Shown: positions 29,201-39,690 of the stretch, piece after piece
Numbering within the stretch: position 1 is the first letter of the stretch
How the letters are laid out: the number at the start of each line of letters is the position of its first letter
Notes under the pieces: model-generated
Seen by the model: only the letters and a program-made list of their open reading frames with translations
The model's database searches: none
What the model was told of the DNA's origin: nothing
Source of the DNA: an uncultured archaeon
Lineage (GTDB): Archaea > Asgardarchaeota > Lokiarchaeia > Sigyniarchaeales > SOKP01
Length of the DNA: 64,000 bases
NCBI GenBank assembly: GCA_964486045.1
Contig: CAZALK010000012.1
Coordinates: 96,001-160,000, forward strand
Direction: 5' to 3'
Translations under genes and position numbers: made by a program

Positions 29201-30632
29201 TGTTTATTTCCGTGTCAGATAAAATAATTTTTTCTAAAATATATTTCAAATAAAAGTTATATTTTGTTTTCGCTAAGAATGGTTTTTTGGTTCTTATGTT
29301 CCCCTTAAAGAAATTCCTCGAAATTAAATCATTGATTGTCGGAATAATATCCTCTTTCAACTTTAAAGGCTCCATATTCTGAGTTTTAAATTTCTTAAAC
29401 ATCTCTGACAACGAAATTATACTTTTTTTCCTAATTTGATCATAAAATCTCTGAATAAATTCCTGTTTCCCACCTGCTAAATTCCGAATATAATTTCTAA
29501 ATTCGATTTTGTTATCTAATATTCTTAAATTAAAATTATAATTAAGATTAATATAGGAGATGAGATCTTCAATATCGTTAAATAATCCAAAAGTAGTTTT
29601 CAATTGATTTAAATCAATATATTTCTCTTTTTCCAGTTCCTTAAACACTAATCTTTCAATTTCGCCGATGAATTTCTTCCATATTAAAGATAAAAGAATA
29701 ATTAATTTAGAAACAGCAGCTAGGTGTAAAACATCCCACTTCTCAATATTGCTTAAAATCTCATTTAATTGAACATTAATAAACAAATATACCCCTGAAG
29801 GGTTGTAATCTAAAAGCCATGAATAAAGATCTAATACGTAAACTATCCAAAAAGTATCATTAAGATTTTCTGTTTGATTAAAACCATAACCGCCTGTTTC
29901 CATTTGATATTGGTGAAGGTTTTGAAATTCTTTTTCTTTTACTTCTAATTCTAAATCTATAGATTTTAAACAAAGAAACTTATAGACTAATGGGATGGTT
30001 TTTTTTTTGGTATCCCCAATTAATAAACGAAATTGATCCCGGTTATTACGAACATCTACACCCAGAAGCGTAAGGATCTCCATGACATAAAATAAAGTCC
30101 TTGCAGGGGAAATGCTTTTACAAACATCACACTCATTATCATGACAGTGTAAGAATACATTTCCTTTCTTATGTGAAAGAATAAAATTTTTAACATCTTC
30201 TTTAATGTGACTCTGACCTTCTGAGGCAAAGAATTCTTTTAGAACTCCAAGATTTTTTAAACTGGCTAATGCTAGATAAGTGGAGTAAATATCGGCGTGT
30301 TTTTGAGGATCAAGTGACAGTTTAAATCCTAGCTTTTTATCTACCCTAATTTCGCATTTTTTAATGAAACTAAATAATCCATCTCGTTCTTTCTTCTTTT
30401 CTTCTTTCAAATATTTTCTAAGCAGTGAAAACCAGAATACATCTTCTAATGTTAAGCTATGCTCATCTAATAAATTCTTGTTAAAGTAATTGTAAAAAGT
30501 AATTAATTTATTATAATCTCTTACGTAAAAACGCCCAATATCTTTTCGTTTAATAATGACAAATGATTTAAATGGCTCCTTTTTAAACTTGGTGATATAT
30601 GGGTAAGCTGACTTCTTCTCAATGTTAATCAA
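26226..30632 (-). CDS. Large coiled-coil protein with N-terminal prenyltransferase-like repeats, winged-helix/PCI-like segments and two C-terminal TM helices
   Basis: GF...ADIYSTYLALASL and GGYG..NLNDTFW repeats, long heptad region, LISTGKLKGKYD PCI-like end, hydrophobic C-terminus. Confidence 0.6.
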   Translation of the reverse strand: MINIEKKSAYPYITKFKKEPFKSFVIIKRKDIGRFYVRDYNKLITFYNYFNKNLLDEHSLTLEDVFWFSLLRKYLKEEKKKERDGLFSFIKKCEIRVDKKLGFKLSLDPQKHADIYSTYLALASLKNLGVLKEFFASEGQSHIKEDVKNFILSHKKGNVFLHCHDNECDVCKSISPARTLFYVMEILTLLGVDVRNNRDQFRLLIGDTKKKTIPLVYKFLCLKSIDLELEVKEKEFQNLHQYQMETGGYGFNQTENLNDTFWIVYVLDLYSWLLDYNPSGVYLFINVQLNEILSNIEKWDVLHLAAVSKLIILLSLIWKKFIGEIERLVFKELEKEKYIDLNQLKTTFGLFNDIEDLISYINLNYNFNLRILDNKIEFRNYIRNLAGGKQEFIQRFYDQIRKKSIISLSEMFKKFKTQNMEPLKLKEDIIPTINDLISRNFFKGNIRTKKPFLAKTKYNFYLKYILEKIILSDTEINMERILEEKEKLEDIRNDIYNVNLKLKNIGKQIKEEINSYLLINEVDYAKERLKFIIRSAVMEADFLNENIENSFNEDLYYINIKTTLSTEIAKWNKGYSVLHHNLVEVDSNLKGKIQEKEKIRNLNRLLENLMERLGLIEEDLDKKVNSFKKIFSENLEREYDSNKFSFIIQHLNQIIEDISKYDKIIYNISQQITTREVEIVDKHRKIIENWVRIKEKFENEYKFYNEGFQFFKEILNKIEVFNVKSNNEISKIGENTKSKISTNQFQKAFEIIRKESDILLNAELKEIKNLQSVVKDEINEKQGLYLLFKHLQDNLDNSESRIIESIAKQAQSLKDKVTEERNKTKVQDFDNFVTQEALKLKNELSKIKTRFDQSKNLQIEQISKEFDIIKSNFNKTNKLFLKKFNSCTKSIENFKEKSNMTILQWEKFADFFINEISELKYEFIDIVISNRINIMAIEKKTNNIKLVDLRDDLKLSCKILIKRLKNMIGISKVSAELNENDKSVLIHTEFYYLNKDLRNYVDNHLLKSNRERVGNILALYDSSIRNLTLKTNMLELQNRIKDLKGFNEIIPKKFYDKINELQINQERKEFLSTKIYFDSILENDKNAINIIEHSLDLFNSMQNFVDQQYNTLKIEVKEYYNRFVKDSEENDSYLENQELFENKRQEFKERSRQIQEKVENEIKKISNKSGDSRKLIPEIREIFVRKKNDFQEEFNKKAEKINDQIETMKNESFRGKLIDFINSNKIKLSLLLGNLERKVEDNIEIKEFKKINILIQKRAKNIESEIKEINKAANTMVREYKRQSKNFRQISKFVLEDFEKFLIEFTEILSEKVKSLERLILQEYITMTIKAVANEFLTISFLNNELKIKKQNIQDHLLFLISTGKLKGKYDPRFYIYFENPDILDELDETELEVIKSTNYKLQMLRHNLRNFAVQYGSIIAFFSSIVAISYYFFLISGNNPVALALPIIITMIILGYYLIRKKEEKIN

Positions 30633-30859
30633 ATTAAAAGAACCCCGAAAATGGTAAATTTTCTTATTTTGTAATTAATGAAAATCTTGACATTTATTTT
30701 TATTGAAATTGGAATAACACCTTTAAAATTACATTAAATCATAAAAATTATAGATGCATACTTAAACATGCTTGAGAAAATTCACAGTTGATAAGTCTAA
30801 TTATGCTCTTTTTAAGAAAGGAATGTTACAACTATAATGCTGATAAATGTAATTTACAT

Positions 30860-31483
30860 CTAGTTTTGCTCTTTAAGTGGTTTTAAATAAGTTCGCTTTT
30901 TATTCATATAAACCATAATTAGAGCAAAAAACAAACAAACCACAACAATATAAAAAATTATATTTATTATTGAGGGTGAATTTGCGTTATAATAGTCTAA
31001 AATGATATTAAAATAACTTGAAAAACCATAATTCTCATTTGATGAAGAATCTTTAGCTGTAATTCTAACTGTGTATGTTTCATTATTTGGATAAGATGTA
31101 AAATTATCCCAAAAGAAAAACCATAAGTCTTCTTCAGCGAAAATCATTGAAGCACTAAAAAGAGAAGTTGAGTTGCTTGAAATTTCTATTGAAACGTTTC
31201 CTGGCAAAGGAGGGTTGGCATCAGTAATATTTACCATAAAATCAAAATAAGTTGACCTGATTGTTGTGTTATTTAATTCAGGATTAACAAAAGTAATAAT
31301 TGGAGCAGTTGTATCACCATTTGCAGATTTAATTACATACGAGAATTTCTCCTCTTCAAGTACTTCATTTAAACTACCAATTTTCAAGATATTTAACGAT
31401 AAAATAAAAAATGATGAAATTACCGAAGAAGCAAGTACTACAAGTAAGATAAGGCTTTTTCTCTGTTTAGTAATATCTTCCAC
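30860..31483 (-). CDS. Membrane-anchored extracellular Ig-like domain protein
   Basis: N-terminal TM, DTTAPIITFVNP, YTVRITAKDSSSN, C-terminal TM then KKR. Confidence 0.65.
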   Translation of the reverse strand: MEDITKQRKSLILLVVLASSVISSFFILSLNILKIGSLNEVLEEEKFSYVIKSANGDTTAPIITFVNPELNNTTIRSTYFDFMVNITDANPPLPGNVSIEISSNSTSLFSASMIFAEEDLWFFFWDNFTSYPNNETYTVRITAKDSSSNENYGFSSYFNIILDYYNANSPSIINIIFYIVVVCLFFALIMVYMNKKRTYLKPLKEQN

Positions 31484-31624
31484 GACAATAACATGCTAAT
31501 ATTTTATTAAGTTAGAATAAATCTGAAGTGTAATTTAAATTTTAAGTCAAAAAAATACCAGAATTAGAATTTAAAGAATTTTTCCATAGATAAAATTATG
31601 GTTATAGATTTTTTTTTGTTTTAT

Positions 31625-33103
31625 TTAAATTAGGGACCATGTATCTTTTATACCTATATTATCTTGGATTAAAGGAGTTTGGATGTCATTTATGGATTTC
31701 ACCATCCCTGAAGGGACAAAATTTTTCGCAAAATTGAAAGCGTCTCCTACTGTCTGACTTTGATTAATTTGCTCCCAGAATTGATGGAAGAACCATGATC
31801 CGGCAAAATTATCGGCATTATTGTTATCTCGCCAATACCATGAAAGAATATCCGTGGTTGATGTGATCAAAATAGAATTTGGTATATTATACCAACTCAA
31901 TCCAAAATTTGCATTTTCGTTTAAAAAATTACCGCTGAAACACATGTCAATGTTTATTAGTATACGAGCACAAATAATTTGCTTAACTAAATTAAAAAAC
32001 TCTAATTCTGTGATATAACTGTCATCTGCCTCGAAATGAAATGTTGCATTACCATCACTAAGTACTTTATTTGAACCATGATCAGATATGAAAATTATTA
32101 ATTCATCGTTTGTCTGAATTCCTGAAGCAAATGAACCCGAGATGGAAACATCTAATTCTTGTTTAAATCTGCTAGTATTTACAGCATCATTTTCAACATC
32201 AATTACTGCACCAACCAAATCATTTGGGATTCCATCGGATGCTATGATGTCTATTATAGAATCTCCGGTATGATAAAGCATTAAAAAAATATCATCGTCT
32301 GTATATCCATTATTCTTTAAAATCCAGTAAACTTGAAGGGCTTGAGCAGGGAATCCGTCTGTATTTGTATTACTTGGAATTGGAATTGGGATTGGGGGTG
32401 GGAACCAATATTCTACTCCAACATCATCAAAAAGCACCATATCAGTACCCGTCATATTACCTTCAACTGCTAACACTAAATGCAATTGGGTTATTTCATT
32501 AAGAGTAGAACTGTTGGCGATGCCGGTTACATTGAGAAAATTCCAACCGGGAATTGCTCCAAATATACCTGTTGACCAGTCAGTTCTTATTACTCCATTA
32601 GTAGAATTTAACCATCTTAATCCAATTCTTGCACCAGTTCCGGGTGGTATTATAGTAGCAGGAGTCCATGCATTAGTTGTAATATTAACCCAAGCCGATA
32701 AATTGTAAGCTGCAAATTTAATTAATGAAGAATATTTTGTCCAATTGTATATTATTTCCGTATTTACATATTTAGATACAGCGGGACCCTTTACAATTAT
32801 TTGCACAACTCCAGGAGTATCACGGCCAGGTATAGAACTATCAATTCCACCATATTCATTAGAACCCCAATTTTCTATCCATTTAGGGGGGAACGGTTCA
32901 TTATCAAATTTTGCATCTTCCCCATCATTAAAATCACTTTCCCCGTCTTTTCTATAAAAATCGTTTGCACTACTGAGAATAATTGCTTTTTTAGAACCTG
33001 GCGCTGAAACTTGCCCTGGTGGTAGAAAAACAATAATCAAAGCAACTACTAAAATCGCAATTATTGCTAGAGCGATAATTGGTGCCACTTTTTTTAGGTT
33101 CAT
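31625..33103 (-). CDS. Membrane-anchored clan CD (C13/legumain-like) cysteine peptidase with inserted beta-sandwich domain
   Basis: N-terminal TM, LKNNGYTDDDIFL, FISDHG His and IDMCFSG Cys dyad, GDAFNFA...QTP. Confidence 0.7.
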   Translation of the reverse strand: MNLKKVAPIIALAIIAILVVALIIVFLPPGQVSAPGSKKAIILSSANDFYRKDGESDFNDGEDAKFDNEPFPPKWIENWGSNEYGGIDSSIPGRDTPGVVQIIVKGPAVSKYVNTEIIYNWTKYSSLIKFAAYNLSAWVNITTNAWTPATIIPPGTGARIGLRWLNSTNGVIRTDWSTGIFGAIPGWNFLNVTGIANSSTLNEITQLHLVLAVEGNMTGTDMVLFDDVGVEYWFPPPIPIPIPSNTNTDGFPAQALQVYWILKNNGYTDDDIFLMLYHTGDSIIDIIASDGIPNDLVGAVIDVENDAVNTSRFKQELDVSISGSFASGIQTNDELIIFISDHGSNKVLSDGNATFHFEADDSYITELEFFNLVKQIICARILINIDMCFSGNFLNENANFGLSWYNIPNSILITSTTDILSWYWRDNNNADNFAGSWFFHQFWEQINQSQTVGDAFNFAKNFVPSGMVKSINDIQTPLIQDNIGIKDTWSLI

Positions 33104-33261
33104 AAAATTTTCTAAAATGAAGGTATCAAATGTTAATTAATAAAACATTAAGCTTGTTAGGTTTTTAAATGTATTTTATTTATTTCAAAACTTTCGGTGA
33201 TTGTGGTCTTAAAATTATAAAATCAGAAAAAATAAAAAAAATTAATAATGAGCTTATTTAC

Positions 33262-34650
33262 TCATTTTTTCATGCTTACTATTTCTTTTAATGTTGGTTT
33301 TTCTGTAATATCGAGAAGTTTGAACTCATCAATCATTTGAATTAAACCATACACTATTACATCATGATTGTATTGTTCATTTGCATCATATAAATTTCTA
33401 TAGCAAAAAGGGCATTCGGTTGTTACTATATCGGCTTTTACCGCATTAGCTTCGTCTAATCGTAAACTGGCAGTTCTGAGCGAAAAATCGGAATATCCTG
33501 CTCGTACTCCACCTCCCGCACCACAGCAGAAACTATCAAGCTTAATTCTATACATCTCTGTAAATTTGATACCCACATCTTTTTCCAATTGCCTCAGTAC
33601 GATTCGGGGGATTTCATACCACTCAGCTATTGCTTGTCTAATCTTACGACTATCCATCATTAGGTTTTTAGATTCTTTAATTATATCTTGTTCCATTTCT
33701 AAAGCGATATGTCTGCCAAGATGACATGGATCATGATAAGTGACAACTTTTCCTTTAAGTTCTTTACTAGGCTTAAATTTAATTTTTTCTGCTGTAATTA
33801 ATCGGGAAATCAGTTCAAAAGCGTGCATAGTTTTAAATGGAAGTTTTCCCTCAGCCATCCATTTCGGATAATCGTTTGTCAATGTTTTATAGCACCCTGC
33901 GCATGAAAACATGACTAAATCTAACCCTTTAAAAGCCTCAAGATTTTTATTCATTAATTCCTGAGCGGTATCAACAGCACCAACCCTAAAAAAGGGGCTT
34001 CCACAGCAAACTTCATCCTCAACTAATCTGAAATTGATTCCTAACTGTTCAAAAATCTTACTCGTTGCAATTGCAATTTCTATTTGCCGATAACTCGCAG
34101 TACACCCTATAAAGTAACCAATTTTAGCATCTTTATTGTTAATGTATTTCTCCAAGCCAGCATCTTTTGCCCATTTCAATCGCTCTTCTGCTTTTCCACC
34201 ATAAGGATTGTTTAATTCCTTAGTTAAACGCTCAACTAGTTGATGTCTTTCTATCATTGGAACTCCCGCTTCTTTACAAGCAGCACGTAATGCTTCAATA
34301 ATATCCACAGTTCGAATCTTATTTTCACATTGAGCCGAACATTGACCACATGTAATGCAAGGCATTATTACATCCCTTACCTCTTCAGTAAATTCTAGAT
34401 CCCCACTTAAAATTGAACGAGCAATCCAAATCTTACCGGCATTCCAGAAAGCTTCCCATCCATGTTCTATTCCAGCTGGGCATGAATCAACCATGCCTTC
34501 ATAGAGTACAGTTCCTTGTTTGCCCTTAAACTCACCTATCCCCTTTCTATCAGGTTCACCTGAATAGGCAAATCTGCAAGCCTTACAATGGATGCACTTG
34601 AATATATCTTTCTTTAGCTCTTCGAGCCTTTCCATACCTGTTTTTGACAT
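33262..34650 (-). CDS. HdrD/GlcF-like Fe-S oxidoreductase (CCG domains)
   Basis: CIHCKAC...CP, CITCGQCSAQC, VCCG, YHDPCHLGR, FCCGAGGG. Confidence 0.88.
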   Translation of the reverse strand: MSKTGMERLEELKKDIFKCIHCKACRFAYSGEPDRKGIGEFKGKQGTVLYEGMVDSCPAGIEHGWEAFWNAGKIWIARSILSGDLEFTEEVRDVIMPCITCGQCSAQCENKIRTVDIIEALRAACKEAGVPMIERHQLVERLTKELNNPYGGKAEERLKWAKDAGLEKYINNKDAKIGYFIGCTASYRQIEIAIATSKIFEQLGINFRLVEDEVCCGSPFFRVGAVDTAQELMNKNLEAFKGLDLVMFSCAGCYKTLTNDYPKWMAEGKLPFKTMHAFELISRLITAEKIKFKPSKELKGKVVTYHDPCHLGRHIALEMEQDIIKESKNLMMDSRKIRQAIAEWYEIPRIVLRQLEKDVGIKFTEMYRIKLDSFCCGAGGGVRAGYSDFSLRTASLRLDEANAVKADIVTTECPFCYRNLYDANEQYNHDVIVYGLIQMIDEFKLLDITEKPTLKEIVSMKK

Positions 34651-34670
34651 TTTTCTATTAACCTCCTTTA

Positions 34671-36161
34671 TTATGGAAGAGCAAGTCTTCCAGGATGCAT
34701 TATAAAATTAGGATCTACAAGCTTCTTGAAAGCTCGTAAATATTTCCAATACATTCCCGCTTGATAATACGCTTGTATGTGTATATATGGATCAGGTCTG
34801 TAATTTAACCATCCTTCTTTTAATGCATATTCCGTTGTATCCTGATTTAATTCTTGAACCTTCTCAAAATCCGATTGTTTTGTTGAATCAAAGCACACAA
34901 TAGGCATACAGATTGCTTGCCTACATCTTTCTATTGAGGCAATCCAAATTACTGGTGGAAATCCGTATTCTTCCATCTTCTTTGTATACATTTCAGCGAA
35001 GTGTGCTGACTCATTCCAAGGCGTATACCATGTAATAAACAGAAATCCTGCTTCCCAGAAACTATACGGGACTGCAATCTTATTCGGTTTTTTCATCCTG
35101 CTTGCGATTTGTTTAGGATGAAGTTGTTGTTTTACTATCGAATCAGGACTCTTTGCTCTTTTCTTAAAATCCTCAGCCATAATATCAATTCTTTTAGTTA
35201 CATAATCCAGTTCCTCTTGAGTTTGTGCCCAACACTCCCAATTCATCCACCATTTTGAAATTCCTAGGTCTTTGTAAAACTTATAGTCATGTGGAATTTT
35301 ATCTTTTGGCCAACGAGCCATTACAAGAGGATAATTACCTCCTTGAACCATTACAGTGTTGTGTGCAATTCCAAATTCTTGTTTCCCGATTTCAAGAGTT
35401 AAATCTTGCATATCGTAAGGATTATCCATTCCCCAAACAACAACAGTCTTATGTTTAGGATGTGGATAGATTTTGACAGCAGCTTTAGTCACTACTCCGA
35501 AAGAACCTTGAGAACCCATTAAGAATGACCACATATCAGGTCCCAGACCGTATTTGTAGAAGGGTTTCGCAAATGGAAGCGCCCAAGAGCCCGTACGTAC
35601 GACATCACCATTAGGGAACACGACCTCTCCGCACATGAAGTTATCTCCTTGTGGACCAACACTGGAAGTATAAAGAGAAAAACCTCTATCTATTGCATCA
35701 CCCATAACTGTTGCTGCAGGGGGTGCTCCATCGGCAATAGGGGGTGCCCAATCAGGGTGATTTTTCGCCATATACGCCCATAAAGCTCCGTTAGTTACTC
35801 CCGGTTCTACAATAGCGTATCGATTATCTTCATCAATCTCAATTATTCTATCCATCCTACTTAAATCAAGCATTACTCCACCAGGTTTGATTGTTGGACA
35901 TGCAAATCCCCCAGACAAACCTGCAGAGATTGGACTTACCGCAATTTTTTCTTGAGAGCAGTACAATAATATTTTACGGATTTCCTCAGTATATTTCGGT
36001 CGAACGACTATATCTGGAATCTGTGACTCTAAACCCATTACCGATTTTGATAAGTAAGAAGCAGTAATCGCTTTATTATTTGTAGCATAATCTTTACCGA
36101 CAATACCAATCATAGCGTCTAAATCTTTTTCATCTGGTAATTTATAGCTCATAATTTCCAA
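34671..36161 (-). CDS. FAD-linked oxidoreductase (VAO/GlcD family)
   Basis: LDLSRMDRIIEID, VEPGVT, GSQGSFGVVT, DPNFIMHPGR. Apparently co-transcribed with the Fe-S subunit. Confidence 0.88.
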   Translation of the reverse strand: MEIMSYKLPDEKDLDAMIGIVGKDYATNNKAITASYLSKSVMGLESQIPDIVVRPKYTEEIRKILLYCSQEKIAVSPISAGLSGGFACPTIKPGGVMLDLSRMDRIIEIDEDNRYAIVEPGVTNGALWAYMAKNHPDWAPPIADGAPPAATVMGDAIDRGFSLYTSSVGPQGDNFMCGEVVFPNGDVVRTGSWALPFAKPFYKYGLGPDMWSFLMGSQGSFGVVTKAAVKIYPHPKHKTVVVWGMDNPYDMQDLTLEIGKQEFGIAHNTVMVQGGNYPLVMARWPKDKIPHDYKFYKDLGISKWWMNWECWAQTQEELDYVTKRIDIMAEDFKKRAKSPDSIVKQQLHPKQIASRMKKPNKIAVPYSFWEAGFLFITWYTPWNESAHFAEMYTKKMEEYGFPPVIWIASIERCRQAICMPIVCFDSTKQSDFEKVQELNQDTTEYALKEGWLNYRPDPYIHIQAYYQAGMYWKYLRAFKKLVDPNFIMHPGRLALP

Positions 36162-36317
36162 CCTTTTAATTTATCTTCAATTCATTGGTTTGTTTAAAAT
36201 AATTTAATATTTTGCAGAATTAAGTACTGAATTTTAAATTTTCACAATTGATTTTCATAAAAAGTAAGACTTTTTCATATAGAATTAATGCATAATTTTA
36301 ACTTTCAATTAAGAAAT

Positions 36318-36893
36318 TTACTGAATTTCTTGATCTATCTCTATATGGTTAGCTATTTCATTAAAATTAGGACTTATGAATGATTTTCTGCGTCTTTTAT
36401 CATTCATTATAAATTCACTAAAATCCTTATTATTCTCATCAATAAATTCCCAAAATTTTTCATAAATTTCTTTTAAACCCACGTCCTTAGTTTTTGGTGT
36501 CATCTCTAACACATTCTCATGGTTATCATTAATGCTAGCTTTAATTAACGGTATATATTTCACTGCATTACCTTCAAGTACTATTTTTTCAAAAAGATCA
36601 TTTTTTTCTTCTTCTTTTTCGTTCTCATTTTCGCTAAAAGCCCTCACTCCATTCAAGAGTTTTTTTGAGTTATCTTGATGTAGTTCCAAATCTACTTTCT
36701 GATACCCACGGATTTGTAAATTCTTATCTATAAAAATCTGAAAATGATGAGGGCAAATTAAACCTTTGTGAATTGAAATTGTTGTTAAATGATTTCTTTC
36801 AGATTGTCTGATTACTGGAATGCCAATTATATCTCTTATTTTACAAATTGGACATATTACTTGAATTTTATTAGTTTTAGAATATACAACCAT
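36318..36893 (-). CDS. Hypothetical Zn-binding protein
   Basis: CPIC...CPHHFQIFIDKN..IRGYQKVD. Confidence 0.6.
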   Translation of the reverse strand: MVVYSKTNKIQVICPICKIRDIIGIPVIRQSERNHLTTISIHKGLICPHHFQIFIDKNLQIRGYQKVDLELHQDNSKKLLNGVRAFSENENEKEEEKNDLFEKIVLEGNAVKYIPLIKASINDNHENVLEMTPKTKDVGLKEIYEKFWEFIDENNKDFSEFIMNDKRRRKSFISPNFNEIANHIEIDQEIQ

Positions 36894-37082
36894 AAGAGAT
36901 CTTACACTATTAAATCGAAAATAAGCATTAATCCTTTTTCTAGAATGAAATATTTAAACTTCTGTAATTTTTAAATTAGTAATGTTTTTCTTAAACTTTT
37001 TTTTTGGCTATAAACCAATCTTTAAGTTTAATTAACAATTTTTTTGGTTATTATTTCTAATTCGATCTACTCATAATAAAGG

Positions 37083-38495
37083 TTGAGAACCACGTCAGAT
37101 ATAGAAACTTTTTTCAATCCTAAAACAATCGCAATAATTGGAGCATCTGAAAACTTAGGATTTGGTCATGGGACAACTTCTTATCTTTTAAACTCAAATT
37201 TTAAAACATATCCTGTAAATATTAAACACGATAAGATTCTAGGACATAAAGCATACAAAAATATCAAAGATATTCCTGATGAGATTGATTTAGCGATAAT
37301 TCTTATAGCAAATGAATATGTGCTTCAATCAATAAGAGATAGTATCGAAAAAGGCGTAAAAGCTATAATAATAGAATCCGCTGGTTTTGCTGAAACAGGG
37401 AAAGAAAAATATATTAAGATGCAGGAAGAAATCGAAAAAATTGCGAAAAAATCTAAAATTCGCATAATAGGCCCGAATTGCATAGGAGTAACTAATTTTC
37501 ATAATCAATTTACTACATCAGACACAGATTTTATTCATGCTCCAAAAGGAAACATTGCAGTTATTGCTCAATCAGGTGTTTTAGGGAACATCTTTATTGA
37601 TTGGGCTAATAGTAATGGGATTAAATTTTCAAAAGCAATCACTATTGGAAACAAGGTTGATGTTGATGAGGTTGATTTGTTAGATTATTTAAATGAAGAT
37701 TCTGAAACAGATGTAATAACTCTTTATTTAGAAGGAACGAAAAGGGGCAAAGCATTGAAAAATGTATTTGAAACAATGAAAAAACCTGTGATAATTCTTA
37801 AAAATGGGAGAAGTGAAATTGGGTCAAGAGCAGTTAATAGTCATACGGGCTCTATAGCAGGAAATGATAAAATTTATGGCGCCCTTTTTAAACAATATCC
37901 AAATATCTTTCGAGTTAATAATTTTTACGAAATGTTCAACATTGCACATGTATTTGCTACACAACCTCTACCAAAAGGGAAAAATATTGCAATAGTTACC
38001 GGTTCAGGAAGTTTAGGCGCATTAGCATGTGATGAAATTGAAAAGCAAGGTTTAAATCTGGCTGAGTTAGATGAAACTACATTACATAAAATCAGATCAG
38101 TGATTCCTAATTGGGTATCAATTCGAGGAACAATTGATTTAGGTCCATCAATGTTTGAAACCTTTATCCCATCTATTAAAGCTATTTTCCACGACTCTAA
38201 TGTAGATAGTGTTCTTTTCATCTTTTCAATACCGAGAGTACCACTTCAAAGGATGGAGTCGTATGCATTGGAGGGAGTAAGAGCTCAAATAAATGCGTTA
38301 AAACAAACAATTGAGAAATTTAATAAACCTTGTATTATTGTATGTTTTGGTTCAAGGTGGACATTTGATTTTGTAACAAAGGCAGCCTTACATTCAGAAT
38401 CGAAACTAACAATACCCATCCTGACTAGAATAAACCAAGCAATTAAAGCGTTTAAAATGATGGATGAATATAATAAATCGCTACAAAAAAAATAG
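37083..38495 (+). CDS. ADP-forming acyl-CoA synthetase alpha subunit (AcdA-like)
   Basis: IAIIGAS, SAGFAE, IGPNCIG, AQSG, GNKVDV, SHTGSIAG phospho-His. Confidence 0.88.
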   Translation: MRTTSDIETFFNPKTIAIIGASENLGFGHGTTSYLLNSNFKTYPVNIKHDKILGHKAYKNIKDIPDEIDLAIILIANEYVLQSIRDSIEKGVKAIIIESAGFAETGKEKYIKMQEEIEKIAKKSKIRIIGPNCIGVTNFHNQFTTSDTDFIHAPKGNIAVIAQSGVLGNIFIDWANSNGIKFSKAITIGNKVDVDEVDLLDYLNEDSETDVITLYLEGTKRGKALKNVFETMKKPVIILKNGRSEIGSRAVNSHTGSIAGNDKIYGALFKQYPNIFRVNNFYEMFNIAHVFATQPLPKGKNIAIVTGSGSLGALACDEIEKQGLNLAELDETTLHKIRSVIPNWVSIRGTIDLGPSMFETFIPSIKAIFHDSNVDSVLFIFSIPRVPLQRMESYALEGVRAQINALKQTIEKFNKPCIIVCFGSRWTFDFVTKAALHSESKLTIPILTRINQAIKAFKMMDEYNKSLQKK

Positions 38496-38649
38496 CATAC
38501 CTTTTTTCATCCATTTTTACTGATTCTTTCGATTTATTTCCTTTCAATCTTTAATCCAAAAATTTTAAAAATTGGACTCCAAATTCTTTTAAATTGATAT
38601 TAATCACCTTTTAATTAAGAAAAAATAATCAAATTAAAGTGATATAAAA

Positions 38650-39156
38650 ATGGTTGATGTGTCTATTTTTGGCATTCCATGGGAAGAAATCGTTGATTGG
38701 TTTTTAGTTCAACCAATATATGGTCAAGTACTGGTTTTAGTTGGTGTTATTGCATTATTAGCACTCGCAGTAGTTATCACGTATTACGTCTTGAAAGGGG
38801 TTGCTTACCTGATTTATTACATTATAAAAGGTGTTTATTACCTGTTGAAAGGAATAGGATTACTCTTCTACAAGACTTTTGAAGCATTATACTTTGCTAT
38901 TTCAGGAAAATCTAAACCTGGTTGCTGCTCTCCAGCACAGGAACAGCAATTACCACCGCAAGTAGAGAAACAACCAGAACCAATAACACCTATTCAAAAA
39001 ACCTATCAAACAATTAACCCTGACGTTGCTTTTTGCAGTGAATGTGGAAGTAAATTCTCTGATTCAATGAATCAAACTTTAACAGATAAAGGATTTGTAT
39101 ATTGCATTCACTGTGGTAAAGGGTTTCAGGATAGATCAATGAATATCGAATCTTAA
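38650..39156 (+). CDS. Membrane protein with C-terminal double zinc ribbon
   Basis: N-terminal TM, amphipathic repeats, CSECG and CIHCG. Confidence 0.7.
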   Translation: MVDVSIFGIPWEEIVDWFLVQPIYGQVLVLVGVIALLALAVVITYYVLKGVAYLIYYIIKGVYYLLKGIGLLFYKTFEALYFAISGKSKPGCCSPAQEQQLPPQVEKQPEPITPIQKTYQTINPDVAFCSECGSKFSDSMNQTLTDKGFVYCIHCGKGFQDRSMNIES

Positions 39157-39173
39157 TAATTTTTTTCTTATTT

Positions 39174-39542
39174 TTATTTTTCCTTGTTCTTCAAAAACAG
39201 TTTTTCCATCCATTTTGGTAATAACAATCCTCCATAAACGAGAATTTCATCAATTATTCCTAAAAATCTTGCTATAATTATGACTGGTATCAAAGGAATT
39301 AGTACCTCTATAGTACTTGTAATAGGAAGTAGGATAAAAGCATATAGAAGCAATTTTCCTTTTAATTGTATACGTTTATCATCTGATTTCATAGATTTTC
39401 TAGCTAACCAAAAACCAGATATTAAGACAATTATTAATTGAGTTAAAAGATATACTTCGTTAAATGGAGCATAATCTACTTGAATTTCGTTCATGAGAGT
39501 TCCAATAAGTGTTGTATCATAGAAAATGATACTTAAATACAT
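39174..39542 (-). CDS. Membrane protein, possibly an N-terminally truncated remnant
   Basis: About 3 TM segments and LLPKWMEKLF C-terminus. Begins abruptly, with an in-frame stop shortly upstream. Confidence 0.5.
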   Translation of the reverse strand: MYLSIIFYDTTLIGTLMNEIQVDYAPFNEVYLLTQLIIVLISGFWLARKSMKSDDKRIQLKGKLLLYAFILLPITSTIEVLIPLIPVIIIARFLGIIDEILVYGGLLLPKWMEKLFLKNKEK

Positions 39543-39690
39543 AATTTCAACTATGAAAGACGAACTCTACAATACTTAAGATTGAAGAAAAAAGGTGAAA
39601 AATTCCAAATTTCATTGAAATAATCACCATAAATTAAAGATGTTTTTTGGATTTCTCTTTTTTTTCTCCTTATCCTTTTCCTATACTTCT

